This document shows, in pieces, positions 1-11,488 of a stretch of 64,000 nt of DNA. The stretch's first letter is position 1; every line of letters starts with the position of its first letter. The stretch comes from an uncultured Candidatus Rokubacteria bacterium (lineage in GTDB: Bacteria; Methylomirabilota; Methylomirabilia; Rokubacteriales; CSP1-6). The position numbers were made by a program, and so were the translations under genes. The DNA lies in contig CAVYTA010000006.1 of NCBI GenBank assembly GCA_963771355.1, forward strand, positions 64,001 through 128,000, written 5' to 3'. The notes under the pieces are model-generated. The model saw only the letters and a list, made by a program, of their open reading frames with translations, made no database searches and was not told the DNA's origin.

Positions 1-714
1 GCGAGTGCTTCCGCCAGCCTAAGGTAGGCTGCCACTCCGTCTTGAACGTACAGATAATCACGCAGGGGCCGTCCGTCGCTCCGAATCACGGGAGGCTCTC
101 CGCGCAGGACCGAACGGATCGTGCCGGGCACGAGGCGGTTCCAGTTCATATCGCCGCCGCCGTACAGATTCGCGCAGCGGCTGATGACGACGGGCAAGTG
201 GTACGTGATCGCATAGGACTGCGCGATCAGATCCGCGCATGATTTGCTGACGTCGTACGGATACCGTCCCTGAAGCGCCATGTCCTCCGTATACGGAAGC
301 GGTCGCGTGCGATCCGTACGCCTTGTCGGACGAAGCGACGATCACTTGCCTGACCGCCGGGCTTCGCCTGGCTGCTTCCAGCACCGCCCATGTGCCGCGG
401 ATGTTCGTATCGAGGGTCGAGATTGGATTTCTGCCGGCGATGCCAACGACCGCCTGCGCAGCGAGGTGAAACACCGTATCGACTTCGTACTCGCCCAGAG
501 CGCGTTCGACGAGTGCCTGATGTCGGACAGCGCCCCTGACGACGCGTACACGATCGAGCCACCCGCGGCGCACCAGCTCGCAGTCGGGGACCCAGTCGCG
601 CACGAGGCAGACGACTTCCGCGCCCTGCTCGACGAGGGCGGGCACGAGCCAGCCGCCGAGAAATCCGGTGGCGCCGGTGACCAGGGTGGCCCGATCGCGC
701 CAAAACGAGCTCAC
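1..714 (-). CDS. NAD-dependent sugar epimerase/dehydratase (CDP-glucose 4,6-dehydratase-like); frameshift near 305; runs off left edge
   Basis: [20 protein letters not shown]ossmann motif, HLAAQ, SSDKAYG; a shifted frame continues YPYDVSK...RLVPGTI; GTG overlaps the rfbF stop. Confidence 0.8.
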
Positions 715-1481
715 GGCCAGATCTTCCACGGCGCCCGCCCGCTCGACCACAGTGACTCCAGCTGCCTTTTGTCGCGGAGGGTGTCCATCGGCAGCCAGAA
801 CGAATCGTGGCGATAGGCCATGAGCTCCCCGTCCGCCGCCAGCCGCTCGAGGGGGTCGCGCTCCCACTGCGTGTGGTCCCCTTCGATGTAGTCGAGCACA
901 CGAGGCTCGAGCACGAAGAACCCGCCGTTGACCCAGCCTTCGCCAAGCTGCGGTTTTTCGGAAAAGGTGGCGACCCGATCGCCGGCGAGCTCGATGCCGC
1001 CGAACCGCGCGGGCGGCCGAACCGCGGTAACTGTCGCGAGCTTGCGATGGCTACGATGGAAAGCGACCAGTGCGTGCAGGTCGAGGTCGGCGAGGCCGTC
1101 GCCGTAGGTCATCAAGAAGGTGCCGTCACCCACCCACCGGCGCAGTCGTTTGAGCCGGCCGCCGGTCATTGTCTCGTTTCCCGTCTCGACGAGGTGCACG
1201 ACCCAGTCTTCCGAGGTCTGGTCGTGACGTTCGATGCGGCGGTCGCGGGTGAACACGCTGACGCTGCCCTCGAGGGAAACCGTGTCGACAAAATACTGTT
1301 TGATCACGTCGCCACGGTAGCCGAGGGCGATCACGAACTCGCGGCAGCCCCCCGCCGTGTAGTGCTTCATGATATGCCACAGGATCGGCCGTCCGCCGAC
1401 CTCGACCATGGGCTTCGGGCGCAGCTCGGTTTCCTCGCTGAGCCGGCTGCCGACCCCCCCGGCAAGTATGACGACTTTCAT
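711..1481 (-). CDS. rfbF: Glucose-1-phosphate cytidylyltransferase
   Basis: [44 protein letters not shown]...APWKIW. Confidence 0.93.
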   Translation of the reverse strand: MKVVILAGGVGSRLSEETELRPKPMVEVGGRPILWHIMKHYTAGGCREFVIALGYRGDVIKQYFVDTVSLEGSVSVFTRDRRIERHDQTSEDWVVHLVETGNETMTGGRLKRLRRWVGDGTFLMTYGDGLADLDLHALVAFHRSHRKLATVTAVRPPARFGGIELAGDRVATFSEKPQLGEGWVNGGFFVLEPRVLDYIEGDHTQWERDPLERLAADGELMAYRHDSFWLPMDTLRDKRQLESLWSSGRAPWKIWP

Positions 1482-1885
1482 GTCGAGGAGCGATTGTATC
1501 GCAGAGGCGCGGGACTTGCTTCCTTCGCGTCCGGCACCCACGGTAGCGCCATCAGGGCCCACGCGACCAGCACGATCTCCGAGTCGCCGAAGTTGTATTC
1601 GGAGAGGCCGGCGACGAGAAAGCCCACGATCGCGGCCAGGCTGCCGATTACGAGGGCGCGCTCCCGCGCCGCATTCGCGGGCAACCGTCGTAGCAGGCCG
1701 ATGCCATTGGCGATGAAAGCGACCCAGATCCAGAGCCACGCGGCCAGACCGAGCGCCCCCGCGCTCCACCAGAATACATGTGGCGCAGCGGGCTGACGAT
1801 GTGGAGCGGGCACCCCCTGCTTGGGAGTGGGGCCGGGGGAAGTCAAGCGCGAATACGAGCGCTACGCGCTGCCGGCGGCGGCCAC
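1478..1885 (-). pseudogene. O-antigen ligase family C-terminal remnant with an internally inverted segment
   Basis: Minus strand: ILVERG/ALGLAAWLWIW...LVAGLSEYNFGDSEI. Plus strand 1775-1885: YMWRSGLTMW..HPL/LGVGPGEVKREYERYA. Confidence 0.7.
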
Positions 1886-2660
1886 GCCCGGCTCGCTGCA
1901 GCTTCTCGATGTGGCGAGCGACCTCATCGCTCCCCCAGCCGTCAGCGCCGACGATGACGAGCGGACCGATCCGGCTCCGCCAGCTCGACAGCCTGCAAGA
2001 GACGCGGCAGATTCTTCCGGGGCTCGATCGTCCCCATGAAGAGCAGATAGCCGTCCTGCACGAGCCCCCAAGCCGACAGGACCTGCTGTATCTCCGCGGC
2101 CGGCAATGGCCTGAACGACTGGTCCGCAGCGAGGGGAACCGCACTGATGCGCTCGGAACGAACACTGAAGTGCTTGATGATGTCGTCTCTCGTCGCCGCC
2201 GAGTCCGCGAGGATGTGATCCGCGATCTCCAGAGAACGCGCTATCTCGTGCGTCATGCTGTTGACGCGGGCCCGTGGGTGCCACTCGGGGAACAGCACGA
2301 GCGTCAGGTCATGAATCGTCACCACCCGCCGGGCCCGCTTCACCGCATGCGTGAACACGTAGTTCGTCGCGTGGTATACGTCGAAGAACCCGATGCTTCG
2401 TTCGACAGGAGTGCCGATGCCGAGCTTGCGCTGTACCCGAAGCCGGAGAGCGCGGAACCGCCCCTCGCTTACCACGCGAACGCACTCCTCGGCAAATACG
2501 GCACCTCCCGCATGCGAAGGGATCTGGTCAGTCGCGGGTACATGACAACGTACTCGTGGACTGGGGCCACGCGCGCGAGAGCCTTGATCAGATGATACGT
2601 GTACTGACCGATCCCCGCCCTGGGAGGCACGAGAGGGTACCCGTCGATCGCGATCTTCAT
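1886..2660 (-). pseudogene. GT4 glycosyltransferase, two frameshifts, C-terminally truncated
   Basis: MKIAIDGYPL..GIGQY, VVTIHDL, LFMGTIEPRKN, LVIVGADGW; the EGFGLP..EAM motif is absent. Confidence 0.8.
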
Positions 2661-2732
2661 GCGGTGGGCATCAGGCGGTGGGTTCGGACGGATTGTGTAC
2701 CAGGCCCATCGCGTCGTGGGGGCCGCCGATGC

Positions 2733-3626
2733 TCACAATTGCGTTCGCGCCTCCTGTATGCTGTCGCGTAGCCATACCCACCACACGGCCCAAGCGGAGC
2801 GGGGGATGCTTCGGTTATAGCGTAGGAACGTAGCGAGACTAATCCCTATCAGGGATAGCCGGTCCCGGATGGAAGGGTCGCGGTTTTGCAGCCCCAAAGC
2901 CGCATGCGCATACCCAAAAACCAAGCTCGGCGCAACGCGGCCGAAATGACGGTAGATGACCCGGAGGATCTCAGCGTGCGCCTGCCTGCGCTGGTCCAAT
3001 GTCTTCGCCTCTGCGTGCAGGCGGGTGCTGGCGAGATAGTGTGGCGTGTGGATCAGGATCTTCCCCGCCCGGGCCAGGCGAATCCAGAGGTCGTAGTCCA
3101 TGCAATAGCGTAGCGATTCCTCCAGACAACCGGCGTCTTCGACGGAGTCACGTCGAAGAAAGACGGTAGGTTGACAGATGAAGCAGGTCTCCTGGAGCCG
3201 ATCCGGGTTGAAGGGCTCGGTCGGATAGCGCTCCAGGATCCGGCCTTCCTCATCGACGTGGTAACCCTCTCCGTAGACCGCCGCCGATTCAGGGTGGGCG
3301 TCCAGGGCTGCCACGGCCTGCGCGACGGCTCCCGGCAGGTAGAGGTCGTCGGAGTTGAGGTAGGCGAGGATGCTCCCACGCGCCTGTCGCCAGCCTTTGT
3401 TGATCGCGTGCGCCTGCCCGTGGTCGGGCTCTGAGACCCACCGGAGACGATCGGAATACTCTCGGAGGATCGACACTGTCTCGTCCGTCGATCCCCCATC
3501 GATGATGAGGTATTCGATCCGCGGGTAGTCTTGCTTGAGGACGCTCTCGATCGTCGCGCGGATGAATCGCCCCTGATTGTAGGACGGCGTGACGATGGTG
3601 ACGAGTGGAAGCGTGAGTGTTCCCAA
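2733..3626 (-). CDS. GT2 glycosyltransferase
   Basis: LVTIVTPSYNQG, IIDGGSTD, YLNSDD, CQPTVF, MDYDLW; start uncertain. Confidence 0.85.
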   Translation of the reverse strand: MGTLTLPLVTIVTPSYNQGRFIRATIESVLKQDYPRIEYLIIDGGSTDETVSILREYSDRLRWVSEPDHGQAHAINKGWRQARGSILAYLNSDDLYLPGAVAQAVAALDAHPESAAVYGEGYHVDEEGRILERYPTEPFNPDRLQETCFICQPTVFLRRDSVEDAGCLEESLRYCMDYDLWIRLARAGKILIHTPHYLASTRLHAEAKTLDQRRQAHAEILRVIYRHFGRVAPSLVFGYAHAALGLQNRDPSIRDRLSLIGISLATFLRYNRSIPRSAWAVWWVWLRDSIQEARTQL

Positions 3627-4816
3627 TCCAGTGCTCTCAATAGGTAGGCGAGCCGACGTCGGTCCGGCCCGAGCCCTTCGGCGCTCGGGACAAACCATCG
3701 GGACGCGACTAGGACAATATTCGTCGGCTGCTTCGACTGCGGCACTGACAGGACGACGTCGAAATCGCCGTATTCGATCGGGATCTGCTGTGACATGCCA
3801 TTGCACTCGACACGGATCGTCTGCCCTTTCAGGGCATCGCTGAGCCGCGGCAGTGAGCCGCTAAGGCGGAGTTTTCCATTGCCAGGCGGCAGCATGTAGT
3901 AGGCTCTTGTGGTCGCCCAGCCATCGGAATACAGTCCCTGGGCCTCGTTAACGATCCAGTGACTGATCGAGTAGGCAAGAGTCACCAGACGCGCACGAAA
4001 CCATTGCGAGGGCTTGCTGAGAAAGCCGGGCGTCAAGACTGCGCAATGTGGTCGCACCACACGCTGACATACGGTATCCAGCCCATAGTTAACGTAACCC
4101 GGCGGATACCGCAGGCGTCCGTGGCGGCGCATGATCCGCACCAATTCCCAAAAACGCTTGGCACCGCCAGTTGCTGTCTTGGCTTCCTCGTATTCTCGTA
4201 AGCACCCCATAAATCTGGGGATGTACTCCAACGGATACCTTTTCCCGATCCTGATGAGTACGTCCAGATCCATACCCCAGTGGAGGGTTTCGTCCAAGTA
4301 GCCGACCTCATCGAGCACCGCCCTCCGAAAGAAGACGGTTTGCTGCAGAGTATAGTCGGAAAGGTGAGAATCAGTTTCCAGAGATTGAACGGCGCAGTGT
4401 GCGGAAAACGACTCTTGATCTGGCCTTCGATGTCAATCTGATAACCCTCGCCATACACAGCGCCGGCTTCCGGCCTGCGCTCGAACGCGCGCACCGCCTC
4501 CCACACGGCGCCGGGCAAAATCGTGTCGTCCGAATTCAACCATGCCAGTATCTCGCCTCTAGCCATCGAGAAGCCCTTGTTGATGGCGTGGGATTGGCCG
4601 CGATCCTTCTCGGATATCCAGGTGAGACGGTTCGAGTACTCTCTCACGACGTCAGCGGTATCATCGGAAGACCCGCCGTCGATAATCAGATATTGAATCC
4701 GAGTGGGTAGTCCTGCTGGAGAACGCTTTCGATCGTTGCGCGGATGAACCGGCCCTGATTGTAGGACGGGGTGACGATGCTGACGAGTGGGAGCACGACG
4801 TGAGTCTATCAGGCAC
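3610..4816 (-). CDS. GT2 glycosyltransferase with C-terminal extension; frameshifts near 4800, 4705 and 4365
   Basis: LVSIVTPSYNQG / IIDGGSSD..WLNSDD / QQTVFFRR..MDLDVL across three frames; GAAGGA before GTG 4816; end uncertain. Confidence 0.7.
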
Positions 4817-4955
4817 GGTGGTTCCTTCGAAGCCGCCGTCTCCGCAGGGCCGGCGGCGGGGAGATCTGCGGCGACAGACACGCCCTTGACCAACCTCGAT
4901 GAGTGGGGCACTATCGGGACTCAGTAAACGATAAATATTCGCCCCCAAGGAAGCC

Positions 4956-5711
4956 GTGGACGCCGCCTACCAAGCCATCTATTGGCAGCTGGAAGAGACC
5001 CACTGGTGGTTCAGGGGCCGCGCGCATCTCATCCTGAGTCTCCTGCGCCGGCTCAAGGTTCCGCCCTCCGCCGCCATACTCGAGGCTGGCTGCTCGGCTG
5101 GCCCGCTCATGCGCCGCTTGCACGGCGCTGGCTTCACGAACGTCACCGGGATTGACCTGTCAGAAGACGCCATTCGTCGCTGCCATGCTGGAGGTCTGAC
5201 CAACACGGCTGTGATGGATGCGACCAACCCGCGATACGCGGACGACTCATTCGATTTCTTGATTGCTTCGGATGTGCTCGAGCACATTGCCGACGAAGAG
5301 GCTGCGCTCAGGAATTGGCTGCGCCTGCTGAAGCCAGGCGGCCGATTGCTGGTGTGCGTTCCTGCGTTCATGTTTCTCTGGTCTGACCACGACGCGGTCA
5401 ACCATCACCTACGCCGGTACACGAGCAAGAGCCTCAGAGCCGCGCTCAATCGAGCGGGCTTCGCAATCGACCGTGCGGGCTACTGGAACTTTAGCCTGTT
5501 TCTTCCGGTGGCCGCATTGCGACTCCTCCAGCGCGCATTGGCACGGTCGGACGGGCAGAAGACAGGCCAACTTCGTCCCAGCGCCTCTTTGGTCAACGCC
5601 GCCCTCTACACGCTCCTGAGGGTCGAGAACCACCTGCTTCTGAACTCCTGTCCGTTCCCCTTCGGTGTGAGCACTTTCGCGATTGCGAGCCGCCGGAGGA
5701 GCGGGGCTTAG
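4956..5711 (+). CDS. Class I SAM-dependent methyltransferase
   Basis: EETHWWF, ILEAGCSAG, DVLEHI, LKPGG, HHLRRY. Confidence 0.88.
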   Translation: MDAAYQAIYWQLEETHWWFRGRAHLILSLLRRLKVPPSAAILEAGCSAGPLMRRLHGAGFTNVTGIDLSEDAIRRCHAGGLTNTAVMDATNPRYADDSFDFLIASDVLEHIADEEAALRNWLRLLKPGGRLLVCVPAFMFLWSDHDAVNHHLRRYTSKSLRAALNRAGFAIDRAGYWNFSLFLPVAALRLLQRALARSDGQKTGQLRPSASLVNAALYTLLRVENHLLLNSCPFPFGVSTFAIASRRRSGA

Positions 5712-5715
5712 TCCT

Positions 5716-6703
5716 TCAGGGCGCCGGAAGGCGGCCTTGCTGGTACAGCGTCACGTGGTGCTGGAGCATGGCGTGGATACCAGCTGGGAGGTCGGTCATC
5801 GGCGGCGCATCCGCGTCGAGCGCGCGCCGCGAGCGGAATTGGAGCCGCAGGGGCTGCTGGCGGTGGCGCGCGTGCGGCATGCAAACGATGCGGGGCGGCC
5901 GCTTGGAGACCCGCGTGAAGATGCCGATCAGGCCTGCGATGGAGAGGCTCTGGCCGGCTGCGAAGATCTTTACGAGTGTTCCCGAAGGCCGCGTCTCGCG
6001 GAGGCGCCTGACGACCCGGAGGAGGTGGCGAGCCGCGTCATCCACGAACAGATAGTCGCGGAGCGTATCCAGCGGGACATAGATGTGTACGGGTTGACGG
6101 TGAACGAGGCTTCGCGAGAGGTGCGCAATCAATCCTTGTTGGCGAGCTAGGTTCTGCCACGGGCCATAGAGATTGGAGAATCGCGCCACCAGGCAGGAGA
6201 CGTTCGGGCGCGATCGGGCCCAGCGGAGCACGAATTCCTCTTGGCCCAGCTTGTTTCTGCCATAGTCCGAGATCGGAGAGCAGCGCGAATCCTCCGTGAG
6301 AGGAACCTCTGGGTTGTCGCCGTAGACGCCTCCCGCCGAGCTCGAGAGAAGGAAGAATCCCGGACGCGCGGGTTCTGCGTTTGCGAGACGCGCGCCGAGG
6401 TAATCGACCAGCTGCCGGAGCGCCGTGCTCTCCGTCTCGAAGGCCTGGGTCGGGGTCCCGATCCCGCCGGCACCCGCGCACCAGAGCACGAGCCACGGAC
6501 TGTCTCGCCGTCGGATCTCGGCTGCGAAGGACTCAGTCGCGCGGTCGAGTTCCCCGGAGAGACGGGTCGGGTCCTGCCATGAAAACTTGGATGGGGCGGG
6601 GCTCCAGCAAGTCGTGTCGACAAGCTCCTGCGGAATGAGCGCTTCGGGTACGGGACCCCAGCAAGCCTCCCCTCCCGACTACCCATGCGAGCGCAGGTCT
6701 CAG
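5716..6703 (-). CDS. NAD-dependent epimerase/dehydratase, 5' part frameshifted
   Basis: AWVVGRGGLLGS near 6690; SSAGGVYG, YGRNK, RFSNLYGP, RDYLFVDD. Confidence 0.75.
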
Positions 6704-7705
6704 GGGTCAGCCTTGTCGTTACGGCTTGGTCGTGAAACGGTGATGTAGAGTGGCTTGCCCATCGTCGTCGTGACCACGAACGCCAGGTATTCGGCGATCA
6801 CTCCGAGCGAGAAGAGGATGATGCCAGAGAAGAAGCAGACCACGATGAGCAGCGACGTGTACCCCTGTACGGGGATCTGATGCGCGAGCTTGGCCCAGAG
6901 GGTGTGCACGCTGATGACGATACCGAGAAGCACGGACAGGAAACCCAGAATCGAGATGATCCGAAGCGGGCGGGTGCCGGCGGAGAGGATCAGCCGGCCG
7001 AAGTGTGCCGTGAGCTTACCGAGAGTGTAGCCGGAAGCCCGCCCGCGCTCCGGCCGTAGCGTCACGGGACAAATCGCAGTCTGCCCAACCACCCATGAGA
7101 GAGCCACGTCCAGGTATACGCCGTTGCCACAGTAGGCCGCGATGCTACGCGCGATGTCGCCGCGGACGAGCCGGAAGCTGTTGAAACCCTCTAAGGACCG
7201 ATTGCCAACCAATGCCACCGTGAGGCGCTTGACCAGGAGACTCGTTGCGTTACGCCACCGCGTATGAGGAGGCCCGTTAACGGGTTTGGCGTAAACCAGG
7301 GCCACGTCACTCTCGATGGCATGGTCAAGGAGGTTCGCGATGTCGGCCGGGTCCTGCTGACCGTCCTCGTCCAGCGTCGCGACCCAATCGCCGCTCGAGG
7401 CTGCCATACCTGCGAGCGTCGCAGGGTGCTGCCCGTAATTGCGCGAAAGCCATACTGACATGACGAACGGATATTGCCGGGCCAGCGCCTCCATGACCGA
7501 GTGGGAGTGATCGATCGCCCCGTCGTGGACCAGGATCACCTCGATTCACCCGAAAGCGCCGACCCCGGGGGGTTTCCTGCGGCTTCACGAGGGGCTCGAT
7601 CTCCGCCAGGAGTGATTCGAGGGTCCGCTCGCCCTGGTAGACGGGTACCACGATGCTGATGGAGTAGGTGAGGGCAAGCGGAGGCTCTTCCTTTGTCGTT
7701 ACGAT
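6700..7705 (-). CDS. Polyprenyl-phosphate glycosyltransferase (ArnC/GtrB-like GT2), frameshift near 7545
   Basis: ISIVVPVYQGE / VILVHDG, LSRNYGQH, TLDEDGQQDP, two C-terminal TM helices; start approximate. Confidence 0.8.
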
Positions 7706-7767
7706 CTTTCGCCTCCCCTAAGAGGTGATGTCGGAGACTAGCGGCTCAACCTCGCGGAAGTCAAGGG

Positions 7768-9923
7768 TCAATTGACTCGCAACTCTTTGAACAGAACTGC
7801 CATTGACCGAGGATCATTCGCGTGACTGTTCCAGACTGCATAGCGGAGCTCCACTCGATTCGATCCAGCGTTCCACCTGACCGGAATTTTTGCGTTCCTG
7901 AAACCATCGCGGATTTCAAATGTGATGTGAGCCACCGCAACACCATTCACGGCAAGCTCCACGGCCTGTCCGGGGCTCCATGGTAAGTCCCGTCGAGCTC
8001 GATCAATCCTTCCCGCTGGCTCGCCGATGTCGATAGAAGCACTGTCGTGGGCCCGAGTCCCCATCGCACCATCCGGTTTCCCGCTGGCGCGTACGGCCCC
8101 TCCAGCGGCCCTAGGCCCGTGGCGACGGTCCAGCCGCCGAACGCCGGCGTCCGACCGAACACGTAGAAGTTCAGTCCCTCATGCGCCGGAACTGTCGCCA
8201 GCAGGCGGAGACCCGCGTCCGTCTTCAGCGCCTCGAGGATCTGACCTTGGACCTTGTAGCTCGGAACATGTGTCCACCGAAACGCCCCCTGGTCGCCCGC
8301 GACCACGTACTCCGCCCCCTCAATCGCCTTGACATGTTCCGACACGTTCGTGGAATACGTCAGTGAAGAAAACCTCAGTGGTAGCTGGTCAGTGAGCGCT
8401 CGGAATCGAAGGAGGTCGGCGTTGAGGTTGGCCGCGCTTGTGACGTAGACGAGCCCGAAATGGCCCTCGGCCGCCGACGGTTCTTTAATCGCCCTATACA
8501 CCTCACGCTCCACGCGATTGTCCGTCACCACCCAATCGGTCGTCTTGGTCCCCAACTTCTCCGGCCAGTTGAACGCAAGGAGCGCCGTGGCGACTGCGAC
8601 CCAGCCTAGGACTATCCCAATCGGCGCGCGTCCGGGGGGACGCCTCGACCAGTGCTGGTCGAGCAGGAACAATGCGCGAAGCAGAAGCACGCCGACGAAT
8701 AGCAGGATCGCCGCGAATGTCGATCCGATGAATGGATTGCCGTAGCGGCTTGCCGTGGGCATCAGCCAAGCGAGGAACAACACCGCGCCAAACCCAAATC
8801 CGACTTTGAGTTGGATTCGGCGGGTAGCTGCGTCTTCCGTCCCAACATATGCGAGGCCAGTGACTACGGCCAAGACCATCACGAGGTATCCATGTTGCCC
8901 AATCATCAGCTGCCCGCCATGACCGTCCCACACGTACCGAACGAGGTCCCGCCAGCTGTCCTGGCGCAACCACATCTCCTTCTGCTGGCCTAGCACGTTC
9001 ACGTACACGTACCGGGCCACATTCCCCCCCGCTACCGCGTAGTATGGCCCCGCGAGCAGCAGCACCGGCAGGCAATACGGCCACATGGCCGCCCAGCAGC
9101 GCTGTCGCTTGGCCATTTCCCGATGGCTCGGGTCGAGCAAATCCGTCCCGCGGCTCCACAGAGCCGCCGCCACCCAAGACCCGACGAACATGTAGATTGT
9201 GAACGGGAACGAGGGCGTCTTGACGAGGAGCGCAAGCGCGAAGCACAGCCCTGTCAGCATCTGGTGTCGGCGCGGGGCCCAATACGGGGAGTAGCGAAGC
9301 ATCAACACCGCGCCCAGCCCCGTCACCAGTCCGGCCGTCGCGTCCGGCCGGAAGTGGTAGGGCAGCGTCCCCATGATCGGGAAGCTGAGCGTAAAGAGTG
9401 CTCCCGCGATGCGCGCGTGCAGGGGCAGGCCATTCAGGAGGCGATCGGCCACGAACATAACGGTCAGCACGATCAGCCCCATGAGCGCGTAGGGCGCCCA
9501 CTCGGTCGGCCCAAAGATCACAAAGCTGGTGCCTGTCACTAACGTCGCGAAGGGACTGTGTGGAGGGTCCACCCACATTCGCGCTAAGCAGGCCTTCACG
9601 CCCTGGGTCTGGAATAGCTGAGCGTACTCGAGCCCCTCGCTCAGATAGAAGACGTCGTCATATAACGGCCCGACCAGTGCGCGCCCATAGGTCCGTGAGT
9701 ACTGGATGATCATCGACGTGAATGCGGCCGCAAGGAGGATGTACACGAGGATCCGGAACCCGTTGACAGTGCTGTCTCGACTCACGAAGGGCGGCGCATC
9801 GCGGCTACTGACGTCCTCACCAACCGTCCCCGTAGCTGGCCTGGCCCCGTCTGTCGCGCGATTTACCTCGCCACTCGCCCGTGTGACTTGCCAGTCGGAT
9901 GTCCTGAATCCTTCGTCAGCCAC
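7768..9923 (-). CDS. Multi-TM GT-C-like (ArnT/PMT-type) membrane protein with soluble C-terminal domain; frameshift near 7965
   Basis: YDDVFY luminal motif, many TM segments, RPD, LALLVK; C-terminus continues in ORF 7768..8064 (NRVELRY..MAVLF). Confidence 0.6.
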
Positions 9924-9987
9924 CGAGGATCTCGACGTTTAGTGGGTCGCCCGTGCCATCCATCTCGCGCGATGAAACTCTCACGTA

Positions 9988-10692
9988 CTACTCATACGCG
10001 ATGTCGTCGAAGACGCCGGGAGGCAATTGCAGGCGCCTGGCGAGCGGAGCCTCTTCCTCGCGCACATAAAACCGGTTCAAACCGTCGAAATAGGCGAAGA
10101 CATAACGGTTGGCGAGAATGATCGGCTCCCAATCGTGCCACATCGCAATGCTCTCGAGGTCATCCCAGCTTGCAGGCCGCGTAGCGGGCTTGGTGGCCTC
10201 GATCACCAGGGCGCGGGGCCGAAATCGGCGCCAGTCGCAGCTCTCGATGGCGGGCTTCTCCCACCCCTCAATATCGATCTTGAGAAAGTCGACCGGACCT
10301 GAGCAATATCGCTCGAAGATCTCATTCAGGGTAACGACGGGGACCATGTACTCCGTGACGGTTCCGCCTCTGGCTCGGAACTGATCCGCGATGGCGGGGT
10401 CGGGCGTTGACAGGTAGCTCTCTTCCACACATTCGAAGAAGCGCATCTCACCGGGAACCTGGCCGACCGCCACATTCAGATTGACGTCGCGCGGGCGTTC
10501 TCGTTGGAACAGATCGAACTTCGAGCGCAGTGGTTCGATGTTTACGCCGTGCCAGCCACTGTTATAGAAGTGCTTTGTCACGGAGTCCGTGTTGGGATCC
10601 CAGGCGCCCACGTCGACATAGAACCCGCCCGCCTGTTCGTGGAATAGGCGGTTGAGCATGATATCTTCGAAGTTCTGCGCGTACGTATACAT
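9988..10692 (-). CDS. FkbM family methyltransferase
   Basis: YAQNFED, FYVDVGA, GVNIEP, DFLKIDIEGWE, FDGLNRFY. Confidence 0.9.
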   Translation of the reverse strand: MYTYAQNFEDIMLNRLFHEQAGGFYVDVGAWDPNTDSVTKHFYNSGWHGVNIEPLRSKFDLFQRERPRDVNLNVAVGQVPGEMRFFECVEESYLSTPDPAIADQFRARGGTVTEYMVPVVTLNEIFERYCSGPVDFLKIDIEGWEKPAIESCDWRRFRPRALVIEATKPATRPASWDDLESIAMWHDWEPIILANRYVFAYFDGLNRFYVREEEAPLARRLQLPPGVFDDIAYE

Positions 10693-10756
10693 GTAGATTA
10701 TCGACTTCGCGGAAACCTGCCCATCCAACGGCGCGCAGATCGGCGCATCTCCTGCC

Positions 10757-11488
10757 TCACGACTTCTCGTACGCCGCGATCACCTCGTCGGGGTCCCCCT
10801 CCATCACGACCCTGCCTCCCGCGAGCCAGACAACCCGGTTACAGAGTGCGCGGATCTCCTTGAGCGAATGAGACACGATGACGAACGTCGTCCCCTGCCG
10901 CCGAAATTCTTCGAGGCGCTCGTAACACCTTGCCTGGAAGTGATTGTCCCCGACGGCGAGGATCTCATCGATCAGGAGGATATCAGGACTCAAGTGGACT
11001 GCCACCGAGAAACCAAGCCGAGCGACCATCCCGCTCGAATAGGTCCGGAGCGGTTCGTTCAACGAAGCCTCGAGTCCGCTGAACGCCACGATGGCGTCCA
11101 TCCGCGCCGCCACCTCGCCGCGAGTCAGCCCCATCAGCACCCCATTCAGGACGATGTTCTCGTGGCCGGTCAGCTCGTAGTGGAAGCCCGCGCCCAGCTC
11201 GAGGAGCGGTACCACACGGCCATGTACCTCCACCGTGCCTGCCCCGGGCTCGATGACGCCGGCGATCAGGGCGAGAAGTGTGCTCTTGCCGGAGCCGTTC
11301 GCGCCGACGATGCCCACCGTCTCGCCTTGCCGCACGTCTAGAGAAACGTCGTCCAGGGCGAGGAAGCGATCCGCACGCATGCTCCGGATGAGATCAGGTA
11401 GGTGGAGCAGAGACTGCTTGAGGCCGCGGCCCAGGTGTCGATGGCGCGGATACTCCTTCGTGACGCGGTCAACCCGGACGACCGTCAT
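10757..11488 (-). CDS. wzt: Polysaccharide ABC exporter ATP-binding subunit
   Basis: GANGSGKST, YSSGM, LLIDE, VSH; ATGA overlap with the permease gene. Confidence 0.9.
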   Translation of the reverse strand: MTVVRVDRVTKEYPRHRHLGRGLKQSLLHLPDLIRSMRADRFLALDDVSLDVRQGETVGIVGANGSGKSTLLALIAGVIEPGAGTVEVHGRVVPLLELGAGFHYELTGHENIVLNGVLMGLTRGEVAARMDAIVAFSGLEASLNEPLRTYSSGMVARLGFSVAVHLSPDILLIDEILAVGDNHFQARCYERLEEFRRQGTTFVIVSHSLKEIRALCNRVVWLAGGRVVMEGDPDEVIAAYEKS

